Of a stretch of DNA of 64,000 bases, positions 40,016 to 53,844 are shown one piece after another. The notes below the pieces were generated by a model. It searched no databases and had not been told where the DNA came from. It saw only the letters and a list, made by a program, of their open reading frames with translations. The stretch spans positions 35,807,839-35,871,838 of the forward strand of contig NC_068986.1 of the NCBI RefSeq assembly GCF_001194135.2, in the 5' to 3' direction. Both the position numbers and the translations under genes were made by a program. Position 1 is the stretch's first letter, and each line of letters opens with the position of its first letter. This DNA comes from Octopus bimaculoides (lineage: Eukaryota).

Positions 40016-40462
40016 AATTGGTTTTAAATTCTGGCACAAGTCCAGCAATCGTGCGGAGGATGTCAGTTGATTACATCAACTCCAGTACACAACTGATACT
40101 TATTGTATCGACCTCGAAAGGATGAAAGGCAAAATCGACCTCAGTGGAATTTGAACTCAGACCGTAAAGATAGACGAAATCCCTCTAAGCATTTTGTCCT
40201 GTGTGCTAACGTTTCTGTCAGCTCGCCGCCTTAACAACCAGTAGAATATTGGGTGCAAATTTTGCCTCAAGGCCAGTAATTTCGGGGGAGGGAATAAGTC
40301 GATTACATCGACCCCAGTACTCAACTGGTATGTATTTTATCGATATCGAAAGAATGAAAGGCAAAGTCTACCTGAGCAGAATTTGAAATTAGAACGTAAA
40401 GATGGACGAAATGCCGCTATGCATTTTGCCCACCGTACTAAATATTCTGCCAGCTCGCTGTT
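40016..40462 (-). mobile_element. Two head-to-tail SINE family B monomers separated and flanked by agtagaata(ttg)
   Basis: Units at 40016-40231 and 40252-40462. The motif occurs at 40007-15, 40240-51 and 40472-83. Confidence 0.85.
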
Positions 40463-41029
40463 TAAACAAATAGTAGAATATTGACATTATTTTACTCTGT
40501 AACATTGTTATGTTACAATCTGGAGAATATTCCAGTCAATCTGCCACCCAGCAGGCAGGAAATATCTGTCTCAAGATGGTGCTGTCTAATTGATTTTATT
40601 TGCTCATGTTTCTGGCAGATTTCACCTGATGAATTGATATTTATTAACTTGTAATAATTCTATACAAAAGGTCTACTTTATAAGAATCCTTCTCCTGACA
40701 ACTGCTAGGAATTATAACGGGAATTATTAGAAATTCAGTCCTTCAATTGTCGTAGTCAAAGACATATTGTCTCTTATCATATTGACTTATCTTTAATACA
40801 CTTTGTCTTTGCTAGGCCACACTTATGGTCAATATAAAAGAGATACCATATATGTTCAGTTTTAGGTCTATAAACACCCGCAATACAATAACTCACAAGT
40901 ACATACAAGTACATGCATTTACAAAGGGAAACATTCTCACACATGTATAATCGTGCGACTACATATATTAATATACTATTTATATGCATATATATGTGTG
41001 TACATTTTAGATATATATTCTTTTATTCT

Positions 41030-41206
41030 TTTACTTGTTTCAGCCATTTGACTGCGGCCATGCTGGAGCACCGCTATTAGTCGAACAAATCGACTCTAGG
41101 GCTTATTCTTTGTAAGCCTAGTACTTCTATCGTACTCTTTTGCCGAACCGCTAATTTAAGGGAACGTAAATACACCAGCATCCGTTGTCAAGCGATGCAG
41201 GAGGGA

Positions 41207-41280
<74 letters not shown>
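41030..41280 (-). mobile_element. SINE family C 3' half ending in expanded (CA)n(TA)n
   Basis: ttcagccatttgactgcggccatgctggagcaccg..ttttgccgaaccgctaa..gttgtcaagcgatg..ggacaaacacacac. Confidence 0.8.
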
Positions 41281-41405
41281 GTGAGAATTTACAAGAAAAC
41301 AAAAGACGAGGACGGGTGTGTAAATAACAAACAGCAGTTGCAGAAATAGCGATGTAAGCAAGTACGACATAAGTGTAAATAAGGGAGTGGGGTAAGTCGT
41401 GTAGT

Positions 41406-41445
<40 letters not shown>

Positions 41446-42044
41446 ACAATAAAAAAAGATGTAGGGAACCATTGTTGGTCTGTTGAAAGCTTGCAATCAG
41501 CGACGCTATTATTCAACTTTTGCAACATGGAATACATAAAGGAGGCGATTGATATCACACTATGTTCAATTTAATCCATCTCACCATTACATATTACTCT
41601 AAGCTGTGGGTTCATTTACGAACGGGTGTGATTATAACATTTCAACTTTTGCCGACGTTACATAATGTTAAAGCTTAATAAGCATAGATTTAAACTATTG
41701 GAATCTTAATGACTTTTAATATTAGATGATTAATATATAATAATGGTTTAACAAAGCAATTTGGAAATTCTTTGGCTATATTTCATCTTCGTACCGCATA
41801 TACTATAATAAATGAGATTAAAGAGATTATCCTCATTAACAGCAACATTTGAATACAAACGTGTACTAATACATATAAGATATAATACAGAGTTCTAAAG
41901 AAATGTAATGTAGATGCGTTAGCTGTGTCTCGCTTGTTGACAGAGGAGCAGCAGTATGCACAGTTGCGTTTAGTCTTTCTATAATCATTTGATCGTGTAT
42001 ATTCGAACTCCAAGAAATATAACAATATTGGTTTCACACTATGG

Positions 42045-42300
42045 CACAAGACCAGCAACTACAAAGGAGGTGGGGTTAGTCGTATACATCGACTTCAGCA
42101 CTCAACTGGTACTTGTTTTATCGCATCCATAATTAGGCACTGTATGACCTGATGGTTAAGATGTTCGCTTCGCTATAACGGAGTCTCAGGTTCGATCTTC
42201 TGCATGGTATGCTGCGTAAATGTTATTATCTATAATCCCAGGTTGACTCATATATTTCGAGAATAAAGTTGGGAAGACACAAATGGAACAGAAGCTCGCC
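42045..42300. mobile_element. Adjacent SINE fragments: family B (minus, ~42045-42125) and a tRNA-headed SINE (plus, ~42135-42300)
   Basis: atggcacaagaccagc..actcaactggtacttgttttatc, then tgacctgatggttaag..caggttcgatc. Confidence 0.5.
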
Positions 42301-43432
42301 TTTTAACTGTACGTGGGATTGCAAGCTGATTCTGCTGAAACAATACGTTAAGTGAAACGTAACATTAAGTTACATGTAACTGTTCAATGATCAGCCACTT
42401 ATACTTTTACTGAGGAGCGAATAATTCACTTAATCTAACTACCGAATCCACATCGTCAATAAACGTAGATCCAAGACACAATGACATACGCGTAAATAGA
42501 CAGATATACTCAAAATCTAAAATATTTCACACAGGATCTAGGGGGAGTTTTAACAAAAAATCTACCTCTTGATTACTTGACGTAAGTGAAAGTTGAACAT
42601 CATGGCATGTGCATTTGAATGTATTGTTATTAGTGTTGTATTCATCAATTCACATCAGGCAAAAATATTTGCATAAAAAGTCGGGTTTTTTTGTCGTCAT
42701 GGATATGAACACTGCTTCACTAATTCAGTTACGTTCCTTGAGAAATAAGTTAAATAAGAATGTAATATATATTACTTCTGATCTTATATCGAAGTTCATT
42801 TATTTTTTTCACGAAACGTATACCTCATATTAAGACTATTTTATCGTTGCTCAAAAAAAATGTTTTCAAAAAGTATAACAGTGAAAAATATTATAGCAAT
42901 GCAAGCAAAGATGTTGTCTTAGTCTAGAAGATAAATACAAAAATGAAATAAAATAAAATAAAGAATACAAGATTGTCTGATGTATTATGTTTTTACGCAG
43001 AGCAAAAATAGAATATGTTGATCTTGTATTATTCAAAAATCTTAAGTATGTATTTGTCTTTCTCTCAAAACATTAACGACTAGCAAATCTTGAAGCAGAG
43101 TGCAGACATATACAAATTTTGCATTTGTTTTATCTTTTCAATGTGTATGACAAAAGAGAAGCGCAAATTATATTGTACATAGAACTGAGAAGACGACATT
43201 AACACACCACCAAATCAGTTCTATTTTACTTGAAAGAAATAAGTATCATGTTACTTGCACTGTATATCTTATTCTGTTGAACTACTGAACTCATATGGAG
43301 AATGATGAAGAGGGAATTGCAATGCAAACTACTTTAAAAACAATTCAGAAATTGTGTGCATTTTATACTATATATTTTATGGAGATAATAAACAGGAAAA
43401 CAATGAGAGAGATATATATCTGATGCCAGAAT

Positions 43433-43505
<73 letters not shown>

Positions 43506-44139
43506 NNNNNNNNNNNNNNNNNNNNNNNNNNNNNNNNNNNNNNNNNNNNNNNNNNNNNNNNNNNNNNNNNNNNNNNNNNNNNNNNNNNNNNNNNNNNNNN
43601 NNNNNNNNNNNNNNNNNNNNNNNNNNNNNNNNNNNNNNNNNNNNNNNNNNNNNNNNNNNNNNNNNNNNNNNNNNNNNNNNNNNNNNNNNNNNNNNNNNNN
43701 NNNNNNNNNNNNNNNNNNNNNNNNNNNNNNNNNNNNNNNNNNNNNNNNNNNNNNNNNNNNNNNNNNNNNNNNNNNNNNNNNNNNNNNNNNNNNNNNNNNN
43801 NNNNNNNNNNNNNNNNNNNNNNNNNNNNNNNNNNNNNNNNNNNNNNNNNNNNNNNNNNNNNNNATATATATATATATATAATGTATGAATGTTTAATTAA
43901 TGAATAACAAGAGAACAGGAATTAAGTAAGCATTTTCACTAGCTTATATATGTTTCTGTTGTAAGAAGAAGCAATTGATTCAGAGCTGGGTCCGTGTACA
44001 CCTGATAGTAGAAACAACTGTAAGCTAGTGAAGTTGATTACGTAGTTGTTGTTCAGTTGTCATACAATAATTAGGATAACGCTCTGTGCTCGCCTCACGC
44101 CTTATTTTAAAGCAAAAAGCCACATATATATTCGCTTCA

Positions 44140-44335
44140 AATTTTAGCACAAGGCCAAGAATTATTGGGGGTAGAAGTAAGTAGATTACATCCCACTCAA
44201 TACTCAACTGTTGCTTAATTTACCGATCTCGAAAAGATGAGCGGCAAAGCGGACCATGGCGGTATTTAAACTCAGAATATAAAGACAGACAGCATTATTC
44301 TCGGTGTGTTTACGATTCTGTTAGTTCGCCGCATT
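44140..44335 (-). mobile_element. Degenerate SINE family B monomer
   Basis: aaattttagcacaaggcc..tactcaactg..cgatctcgaaaagatg..tttaaactcagaat..gattctgttagttcgccgc. Confidence 0.65.
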
Positions 44336-44368
44336 GGTAGTTAGAACTTAACACACACACACACACAC

Positions 44369-44440
<72 letters not shown>

Positions 44441-44721
44441 CTCTTGCATCATGTACACAGCATAAGGCTATGAGCTACTAATAGTCTCATGTGTGTGAGA
44501 TGCTCTCTAGGCAGTTTTTGATAACACGCCTAGTGTCTCCAAGCAATCTCTACCTTATGCTGAGAGCCAGAGATGGTTTGGAAACCCTGGACGTTTTATT
44601 AAAATATGCGTAGAAAACAACTCAAAGTTTGAAACTATTAGTAGCTCATAGAAATATACTATGTGTATATTTATCTCTGTTATTGATCCCATCTTTCTGG
44701 AAATGTAAACTACATATGTAT

Positions 44722-44862
44722 GTACATTATTTACATTATTTACATTTGACGGATATTTGTCCTCATCTTGTTTGTTGTTAACAACGTTTCGGCTGATACA
44801 CTCCCCAGCTTTCATCAGGTGTCTTGTTGAAATTTCAAACCTGGGTTCTCATTCCTAAGGTA
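44722..44862 (-). repeat. Inverted copy of the hammerhead-bearing tail at 45125-45257
   Basis: Reverse complement taccttaggaatgagaacccaggtttgaaattt..gacacCTGATGAaagctg..cagccGAAACGTtgtt..gatgaggacaaatatccgtcaaatgtaaat aligns to 45125-45257. Confidence 0.9.
44778..44824 (-). ncRNA. Minimal hammerhead motif (sense to host pre-mRNA)
   Basis: GACAC-CTGATGA(44818-44812)-A-AGCTG ggagtgtat-like loop CAGCC-GAA-ACGT-T-GTTAA. Core is intact. Stem I is weakened by a 2-nt deletion relative to the other copy. Confidence 0.6.
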
Positions 44863-44940
44863 TGAATATCATATGGGAACCGGTATTAAGGAAGGATAAG
44901 AAAATATTAGATTTATAATCCCTAAAATCCACTCCATAAT

Positions 44941-45005
44941 ATGGCATAGCGGTTAAGAGCGCGAGCTACAAACCCCAAGATTCTGAGTTCGGTTCTAGGC
45001 GGTGA

Positions 45006-45074
<69 letters not shown>

Positions 45075-45290
45075 TGATGATGATGATGATGATAATAATA
45101 ATAATAATAATAACATCGAAAAACTACCCTAGGAATGAGAACCCAGGTTCGAAATTTTCCCAAGCGACCTGATGATGACTGGAGGATATACCAGCCGAAA
45201 TTTGTGTTAATAACAAAGATGAGGACAAATATCCGTCAAACGTAAATAAGGTACATAATTCCTCATCTATTAAATATAGAACTCTCTCTC
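44941..45290 (+). mobile_element. Chimeric SINE-like element: tRNA-like head + (TAA)n/(TGA)n + hammerhead-bearing Penelope-type tail
   Basis: A box TGGCATAGCGG (44942-52), B-box-like GAGTTCGGTTC (44985-95), microsatellite 45010-45113, tail with CTGATGA (45169-75) and GAAA (45197-200). Confidence 0.7.
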
Positions 45291-45296
45291 TCTCTC

Positions 45297-45347
<51 letters not shown>

Positions 45348-45744
45348 ATACACGCCATTTCCGTTATATCTGCGTGTCTGAGAGGGTCTGTGTGAGTGTG
45401 GTTATGCAATTCTTTTTCGCATCGTGTAATTTATTGAAAAATGGCATTTTGTCAAAATCAGATTTTATACGTGTTTAGCGCTCCGAAGTCTTCGATCATT
45501 TCCTCTAATGCTAGTTGATTTTAGATTTATTTATTCGAACTTAAACGGCAGCAATAAATTATACCATTTCAAGTCAAATATGACGCTTTTAGCTACAACA
45601 TGTCAAAAGTTTAGCAATATATTACTGGTAGGTTTGACCCCATTGCACATTCTATATCATATGCAGTTACAGATTTATTCTCCCAAACCATTAAAAAAAT
45701 ATATGGAAAATTACATTATAGGAGTGACACACAGATACACACAG

Positions 45745-45780
<36 letters not shown>

Positions 45781-46399
45781 AAAAATAACATTGTAGTGGC
45801 TGCGTAGTTGATTATCTTTAGTGTTTTGTAAATTTTATATTTTACGTAGCAATGATTAGTAAAAAAATGCAAAAACAAAACCTTTTATTTGCATTTTGAG
45901 ACAATTTATTAAATCCAAGTTATAAACTCTGTAAACATTTCGGAGATAATTAAATTTGTAACTTGTCCTACGATGTAAAGTGCATATATGATATATTTAT
46001 CGAGCGCAATCTGAATAAAATACTTCAGCAAGAGGTTCTGAAATATATGGCTAATTTATTTTTCTATTATGTTTTTCTCTATATTTATCTTCCGCGTTTT
46101 ATCGGTTGTAATATCTGTCATTCCGCTGTTTTCACTTAAATTTAATTCCTTTTAAAAACCTTATCGAAAGGAAATACAATAAGCATTTATAATTCAATTC
46201 GTTCATTTCTTAGTGATTATTTCTACCTTTTTGTATCCAACAATCAACAACGTTCAAAGTTCAAAATTTTGTATATGCAAAAGTTAGCAAGTTTAGCGAA
46301 ACGGTGATAAATCATAAACTTAATCACTGATAAAACTTATTTTACCGTAGTTATATTACGTTAAATTGTCTTCTATTTTCTACATGGAAAAGAAATGAT

Positions 46400-46700
46400 G
46401 GTATTAGATCACTCAAAGATAGACAATCTTACTGGCATTTGAAGGTCATGAATCTGATGTATATAAAATCCTCTGAAAATGTTGAAGAAAATAAACGGTT
46501 GTTGCTCCATTTCAGTTGGGGGATCGATTGAAGTCGTTAGAGAGTTGGTGTTCGTTCTGGTTCTCTGCGTCTCCAAGGTTAAATTTCCATTTAGTTTCAG
46601 ATGAATAAACTGACAGTCAGATAGGGCGGACTATTCTTTTTCATCATCTTTATCGTCATCTTCTGCTTTACATAATATCTCTAACTCCCTTTAAAAATCC
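46400..46700 (-). mobile_element. Possible decayed RTE-type LINE RT C-terminal region
   Basis: Minus-strand RIVRPI*LSVYSSETKW (~IVRP.LLY.SETW), followed by FQRILY (~LRRIL). Confidence 0.35.
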
Positions 46701-46818
46701 ACTCTTCAGTCTCAATGGAGATGGACTGTGCTACATTTTGACGACCAAGACACGTAATATAATCTGACGGCGCACTTTTTCAACTAACCTAAATTGTAAA
46801 TATATATATATATATATA

Positions 46819-47444
46819 CAGCGTGCGATGGGTAAATTGTACCCCTTTTGAATTTTTTACTTCGCGCACGCACATATTTTGTTTTTGACTTTGTCGACTA
46901 CACAGTAGTGTCAGTTGGGCACCGTCTGTGAGTAAAAAAGGGCCAATGGGTGTCAATCGGAGGACATGTACTGGGTGATAAAAATCAAACATCCAGTCAA
47001 CACCATGATGTTTAGAGTGATCACTAGTGATGGCGACGTTGTGCCTCCATTCATCTTCCTACACGACCTCAGACTCAACACGGAGGCCTATATCAAGTGC
47101 CTGGAGGAGGTAGTGCTACCCTGGGTCAAGAGAATGGTTGCTGGAAGACCTTCTATCTGACAACAAGACTCTGCACCATGCCACACAAGCAGGAGAACCT
47201 AGTCATGGCTGTCAGAAAAGTTCTGCGACAACACCACCCCTAACATCTGACCACCAAACTCCCCAGACTGCAACCCCCTTGTCTGGAGGCTCTGGATGCA
47301 GCCAATGGCGATTTTGAATAAATTTACTCTTTAATATTTCAAGATATCTTTATGTAATTTTGGTAAATATATCTGTTAAAAAGAGATGTCAGTGTTATTT
47401 TCATTTTTGCGTAATTTAGATGACAGTTTATTCACCGCACCCTG
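46819..47444 (+). mobile_element. Internally deleted maT-like (37-residue D2-D3 spacing) Tc1/mariner transposon with both TIRs
   Basis: TA-flanked imperfect TIRs CAGCGTGCGATGGGTAAATTGT / CAGGGTGCGGTGAATAAACTGT(rc). Transposase remnant KHPVNTMMFRVITSDGDVVPPFIF..EEVVLPWVK..*QQDSAPCHTSRRT*SWLSEKFCDNTTPNI*PPNSPDCNPL, then a deletion. Confidence 0.9.
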
Positions 47445-47463
47445 TATATATATATTATAGTAT

Positions 47464-47520
<57 letters not shown>

Positions 47521-49761
47521 TAAAATGACGAGGATGGTACTGTGAGGTGTTACCAATTAACCATTATCTTTGGTCATTAAAATATTGTGTGAGATAAATG
47601 GAATTGAAAATAATTAAGCTTGGTTCTAATTAATAATGGTATCATGTAACCCGGTACAACTATCTCATGGAGATTCCTTCCCATCCACATTACTGAGAGA
47701 GGAAATTGTGAAGGCCACTTTCAAGTTATAAAATAAAATCTGAAATTGGTTGGAGAGTCTCTTATGGAGATGACAATAGTGACGCCATTTGTCAGATAAA
47801 CTAGCGTGTTCGTCAATCCTTCGGAGGTTATTACATGGTATCTTGTCTGTCACTTCTTCAAAGGTGACAGACAGATTATCTGATTAGTTAAGCGCTATAC
47901 AACGGTTCTATTAAGCCCAGATACTATACAACATCCGTCGGAGTTCATACGCATTCACGAAGATGCTATATCTTCTCTAGTAATTCTAAGATGTGGTAAT
48001 ATGGCTAGAATATGTTTCGTGAGTAAGGTTTGATAAACCAACACACATAGGGAGTTGTCACTGTTCTACCAAAGATGAGATTCGCTCCCATTGCAGTCTA
48101 TATTTAATAATTTTCAATTGTTAATCCGCTCCCTCGTTCTACTAATAATTTTAATTATAAGTAATCATAATCTCTTGGTACACTTTATCAAATGCTCTAG
48201 TCTAGTACTTTTCTTAGCTGGCTCAAGTATTTTCCGTGAAAGTGTATTTGAGATATATTTCATAAGGTAATTAGTGTTAACTTGCAGTCTTTGCTTTCTT
48301 CATCTTGCATGAAATTCAAGTTTCTGAGGTTTGTTCCCATTCAAAATTGTATGATATCTTTGTTAAAATATTGGAATTATGAATAGAACAACATTCAAGT
48401 AATGATTAAGAATAGATTCATCTGTATAAACAAAGTCTCCATCTTCGACAATGATATAGTCCTATATTTTTCTTTAGTTGAGCTTAATCATGTTATTAGA
48501 ACTATATTTCACATTAATAAGAAGCATATAAAGTAAGTCTGAGAGTTAATACCACTACATTAATAAAAACGAAGAAATAATGTAGAATATAATACTAGTA
48601 GTTGATGGTTAATCGCGTTTGTGTGAAGGTGACAAGCAATAAAAAAGAATAATAAAAGAACCCATAAAATGCATCAATGTTGAGAACACAATCGATCCTC
48701 TTAAAATTGAACTGATAAACGAATGATTATAAAAAGTGAAGAATTCGGAACGACAGAAATCTTCAGATTTGAAACCTGGCTAAATCCTGAACGCATCAGA
48801 TTTGTCAGTTAAGTTTATCGGCAGCTTCCATTCATTGACATGTGTCTGTCTAATAATTTTCTCAAAGTAGCTCATCAATGAGTTATTTTATACAAACAGA
48901 AAACCAATTTACACAGACGAAAACAAAGAGACACAAAAGCAGCATAAATACAAAACAGCAAGAATAACAATAACAAGAGCAAAATTAAATAAACATTGTT
49001 GCTCAAACAGTACAATGCTAGGAATGTGAAACAAGATGCTATTCATTGGGTGAAAAAAAAATACGTAAACGGCATTTAGTAAAAAAATATTAATCTCTGT
49101 TGAGAGTTATGAGATTAAAGTATCACAATGATTAAATCTGTTTGAGTCGAAAGACAGGTGTCATTAGTTGTGTGACAATTCTAGAAGCGTCCTAGTGGCT
49201 GAATCGTTACAGAAACATTTCTGAATCAAAATAACAATATATAGAAGGAAAATAAACACAGATAATCAGCAAAATCTTTCATTGATCTGCAAAAGGTGCA
49301 GTTGTTTCTGGAATTACTGAGTCCCTTAGTAACGCTGGAGTCACTAAGACATTCGTACAAGTGATAAAAGAATATAATCTGTATGAAATTCCGTAATGCT
49401 CTATTCATCTATACAACAATGGAAGAAATTCTTAAGGTAATATCTAACCATTACATGTGAGAGTACCAAAATGTTTGGAACAAGACATTTTTTTCTCGTT
49501 AAACCTAATCCTCATCCAGCGTTCCAGTCAGTATTAACATATTTAACAGTGAGAGATAAATAAGAGAGGCCACCAGAAGCTATAGCATGTTGACTTATTG
49601 AGTTATTTGCATGTAGAGCATTTCTCTGTACACCATAGATAACTTAGCTCTAGAGCAGAAATAACATTATGGTAAGCTTTAAGTTGCACTAAAACTTCGT
49701 TACTTCTGTAACATGCAACTAAAGAAAACATTATAGCACAAACATGGAAAACCACCTTGCT

Positions 49762-49799
<38 letters not shown>

Positions 49800-50700
49800 C
49801 CAACAAACTTGCAAATATATATCTACACTAAAAAAGACATGGTTGTCTAAAAGCATTACTTTATCGAGCAATGATATTGCCTGCAAATAACAATGGAACA
49901 ATGAACTATTCTGGGCTTAGTGACAAGGTCCTTAAAAAGATATTTATTAATTGTATAGGTTTATTGACAGAAAAAAAGATGCTTCACCGCCTCTGTCTGA
50001 AAATATATAGAGAGGCTAAGAGATGCTGATATTAAACATTGTAATAGAGGTTGTTATATTACAGGACATGAGTACGCAACGATCATAGAATCTGGTGAGA
50101 ATTTTGTCTCTTGGAGAAATGTAACATCCTATCAATTTTGTTTTGTAATTTCTAGCAAAATATCAGAATTGGTGAATTCTTTGAGACATTTCCATCGATA
50201 TTTGTTGATGAACTCCAACTACCAACTGGATAAAATATTTTACTTCCAATAATATATCTTATCCATAGTGTGAAGGAGAGTCATAGAATGTAAACAAAAC
50301 GCATTCAGTAATTCATCGGCAGGAAAATGTCATTAACAATATCCAGCTCCTTTGCTCTTGTGTGTTTTACATATATGATCCTGAAGACATCAACACATAC
50401 CGTAGTTTGGCATGTAAATAGATAAATGTATCAAGTGTACGCGTATGGCAAATGAATAGAGAAGAGTTCGGTATTTTATTACCCTTTTCTAACTTTTGGT
50501 AATTCTATATTACTTTAATCTTTTGACATATTTACGAATAAGTTATCGTATATATCATTCCACTACTTCAAAACTTCAGTCGTCTGATCTATCGGTATTG
50601 TGAAAACCAGAGAAATGTTTCAAGTGGTTTTGTCTTCTAATATACTAATACTTACACACATGGAGGATGTGTATGAGACATATATATATATGTATATTTG

Positions 50701-50761
<61 letters not shown>

Positions 50762-51129
50762 TTGTCTACACACATGTATATATATATCTGTATATATATA
50801 TTTATATATATATATATATTCATAGGTATTTATATCTATGCATATTGATATATGTTTTAATCTGTATATCGCTCTTATTGAACATCTACATTTAATTACA
50901 CACACAGACAACACACACACGTATACATATATGTGTGTGTGTGTGTGGAAACTTTTTTTCTATTGTTCCATGAATATTGATGTTGAAATAAAGGTATGTT
51001 ATTTTGCGCAGTGAAAACCTTATGCCATTGACATATGACAATGTAAAATACACTTCTCTCTCTCTGTACACGTTAAGAGGTGTTGGAAAAGAAAATACAT
51101 ATAAAACTAAGAGTACTGTGAATGGGGAA

Positions 51130-51470
51130 GATATTAATGGAGATATATAGTAAGTAGTGAAGCTATGGAATAATATTCATCAAAAGAAACTGAGAAATAT
51201 TGATAATAGTGGCAAAAATATGGCCTAGAAATAAACTTTGAATGAGAGAAGAGATAATAATATAAAGTGAAAGTAATTGATAGAAAAGAGGTAGATTAGA
51301 CGAATTAGAAAGATACTGCACTAGAAAATGCAGAATCGAAGAAAAATAAACAAGTGGAAAGAAAATATATTGACATGGCAACCCACGTGAAGAAAACACG
51401 AATAAGATAAGGAGAAAATAATAGAGAAAAACGATGACACCGAAAGTGGAGGAAAATGTAGTGATATACG
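51130..51470 (+). mobile_element. Possible very old LINE (RTE-like) 3' remnant
   Basis: Purine-rich tract with ILTWQP..RRK-like remnant. Weak. Confidence 0.2.
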
Positions 51471-53653
51471 TATTTCCCGAGAATATTAACCCTTGATATG
51501 AACGGAAGTTTAAACCAAAAAAATTTTCCAACTTACAAATTGATTACTTTATTTATACCATAACTTGATAAAATAAGAGAGAATCATCTTTAAATATAGA
51601 TGAGATTTATAACTTTTCAAGAATTATATAAATGTTCTTTCTCAGAGATGCTTTATGCAAGAAAAACAACAGATATATTAAAGTTGATATATTATATATA
51701 TATCACAACACAGAAATATAAAGAAAATCTTAATGCAGTTATGAAAATACAAAATTTGCTAAGTGGCAATTTATTGTCTTATCACTGCTTGTCTTCGGCA
51801 AATACTGAAAGTCTCAATCTAATTATATCTAAATATGTTAGCAGCTGCCTTTTGTACATGGCTTAATGATGAAAATTATAATAGTCAGTCAAATAATACA
51901 GTCTTTTCTTCACCGAACAGTTATATCTAAATCAATTTTTGCTTCTCCTTTTTATTAAATATGTTGATTCTGAATGCAATACATATTTATATGCAACCGA
52001 ATTTTTATGCGTTATATTATGTCTGTTGCATTGACACTCAATTCCCAATGACACAACAAAATTTGATTTTAAAAAGTTGATTTCAACTGAGCCGCCATCG
52101 AGGAAAACGAAGTTGACCCGTTTACTACTGAACTATACTAGAGAGTCATTATTTTCACAATATGATCAATACCCGTGATATTTATGCATATGTAATTTGA
52201 GTCAATGATGGTTGTAAAATATATCTCACTCATATTCAATGAAAGGTGACTAATACAAAAGGAAAGAAAACGACAGTACCAGTCCGTAATCAACCTCTTA
52301 AGCATGATATATATATATATATANNNNNNNNNNNNNNNNNNNNNNNNNNNNNNNNNNNNNNNNNNNNNNNNNNNNNNNNNNNNNNNNNNNNNNNNNNNNN
52401 NNNNNNNNNNNNNNNNNNNNNNNNNNNNNNNNNNNNNNNNNNNNNNNNNNNNNNNNNNNNNNNNNNNNNNNNNNNNNNNNNNNNNNNNNNNNNNNNNNNN
52501 NNNNNNNNNNNNNNNNNNNNNNNNNNNNNNNNNNNNNNNNNNNNNNNNNNNNNNNNNNNNNNNNNNNNNNNNNNNNNNNNNNNNNNNNNNNNNNNNNNNN
52601 NNNNNNNNNNNNNNNNNNNNNNNNNNNNNNNNNNNNNNNNNNNNNNNNNNNNNNNNNNNNNNNNNNNNNNNNNNNNNNNNNNNNNNNNNNNNNNNNNNNN
52701 NNNNNNNNNNNNNNNNNNNNNNNNNNNNNNNNNNNNNNNNNNNNNNNNNNNNNNNNNNNNNNNNNNNNNNNNNNNNNNNNNNNNNNNNNNNNNNNNNNNN
52801 NNNNNNNNNNGTATTAATTTAGAGAGGAATATTTTGGAAGTGAGGTATATACTGCGTAAGAACATTTAGGTAGCCCTCTGTTATTTCAAATCATAAATTC
52901 ATAGATTAGTGTAATTTATATTGAATATTTACAACGATGTGGCAAAAACGTAAAACAAAAAGTATATATTTAGAAATTCAATAGTCCCTCTCTCTCTCTC
53001 GATCTCTTATACTGCCATTCGTATCCTCCTTTCAATTTCGCAATTCCAGACATACAATTTTTGTTATTTAACAATCCATCTTGAAACCATGCGATTTGCA
53101 CGAAAAGTTTCACGAGATAAATATTTTCTGATATAATATTGTCAAATTTTCCACAATGTAATCAAATTGAATTCAGTTGCAATTGCTTAAGTGTAACACT
53201 TACATAAAAACTGATACTAATGATAAAATATAACTAAAAAATTGTTTGCCATTTATATTAGGTTCTTGAAGTCTAAATAACAGGAGTGATGGAGAATTTC
53301 TTAAATATTGGCTGTTGTAAAATGAAGCTGAAAACGTGGGTGTGTTGAGGGTGTGTGTACAACTCATATCTGATCCCAAGTTGAAAAACTTAAATCATCA
53401 TAAACTGAGATAGCCAACATTTGTACGTCTTGCATGTGAAAGCATTTCTTGAGCGTTCCCTAGTAATAAAGGAAACGGTATTTATTTATCTTATTTAGAG
53501 AGTATGTGTTGGCTTCGTTATATCGATGCTGGATGTGCTTTTGTGATCATTTTCCATATTACATATCGAAGCGTCTATTTATGAGTGACTGGCTTGTTCA
53601 GCATCAGTCAGTTCGTGGCACGCAGACCCACATACCTTTGGCTTTCTGCCCCA

Positions 53654-53686
<33 letters not shown>

Positions 53687-53844
53687 TTCCCAGGTGAAAG
53701 TAAAGAAACTTAACACTTTTGATATCTGTAAACAAGACACCGCAGCTAAATGCTTGCAGCAGAATGCAATTCATTAAAAAAACACAGGCATTGGGTAGTG
53801 GCTTTGAACTGAGGACTCATTTGGTCTCCTTAGCAGGAATAGGG

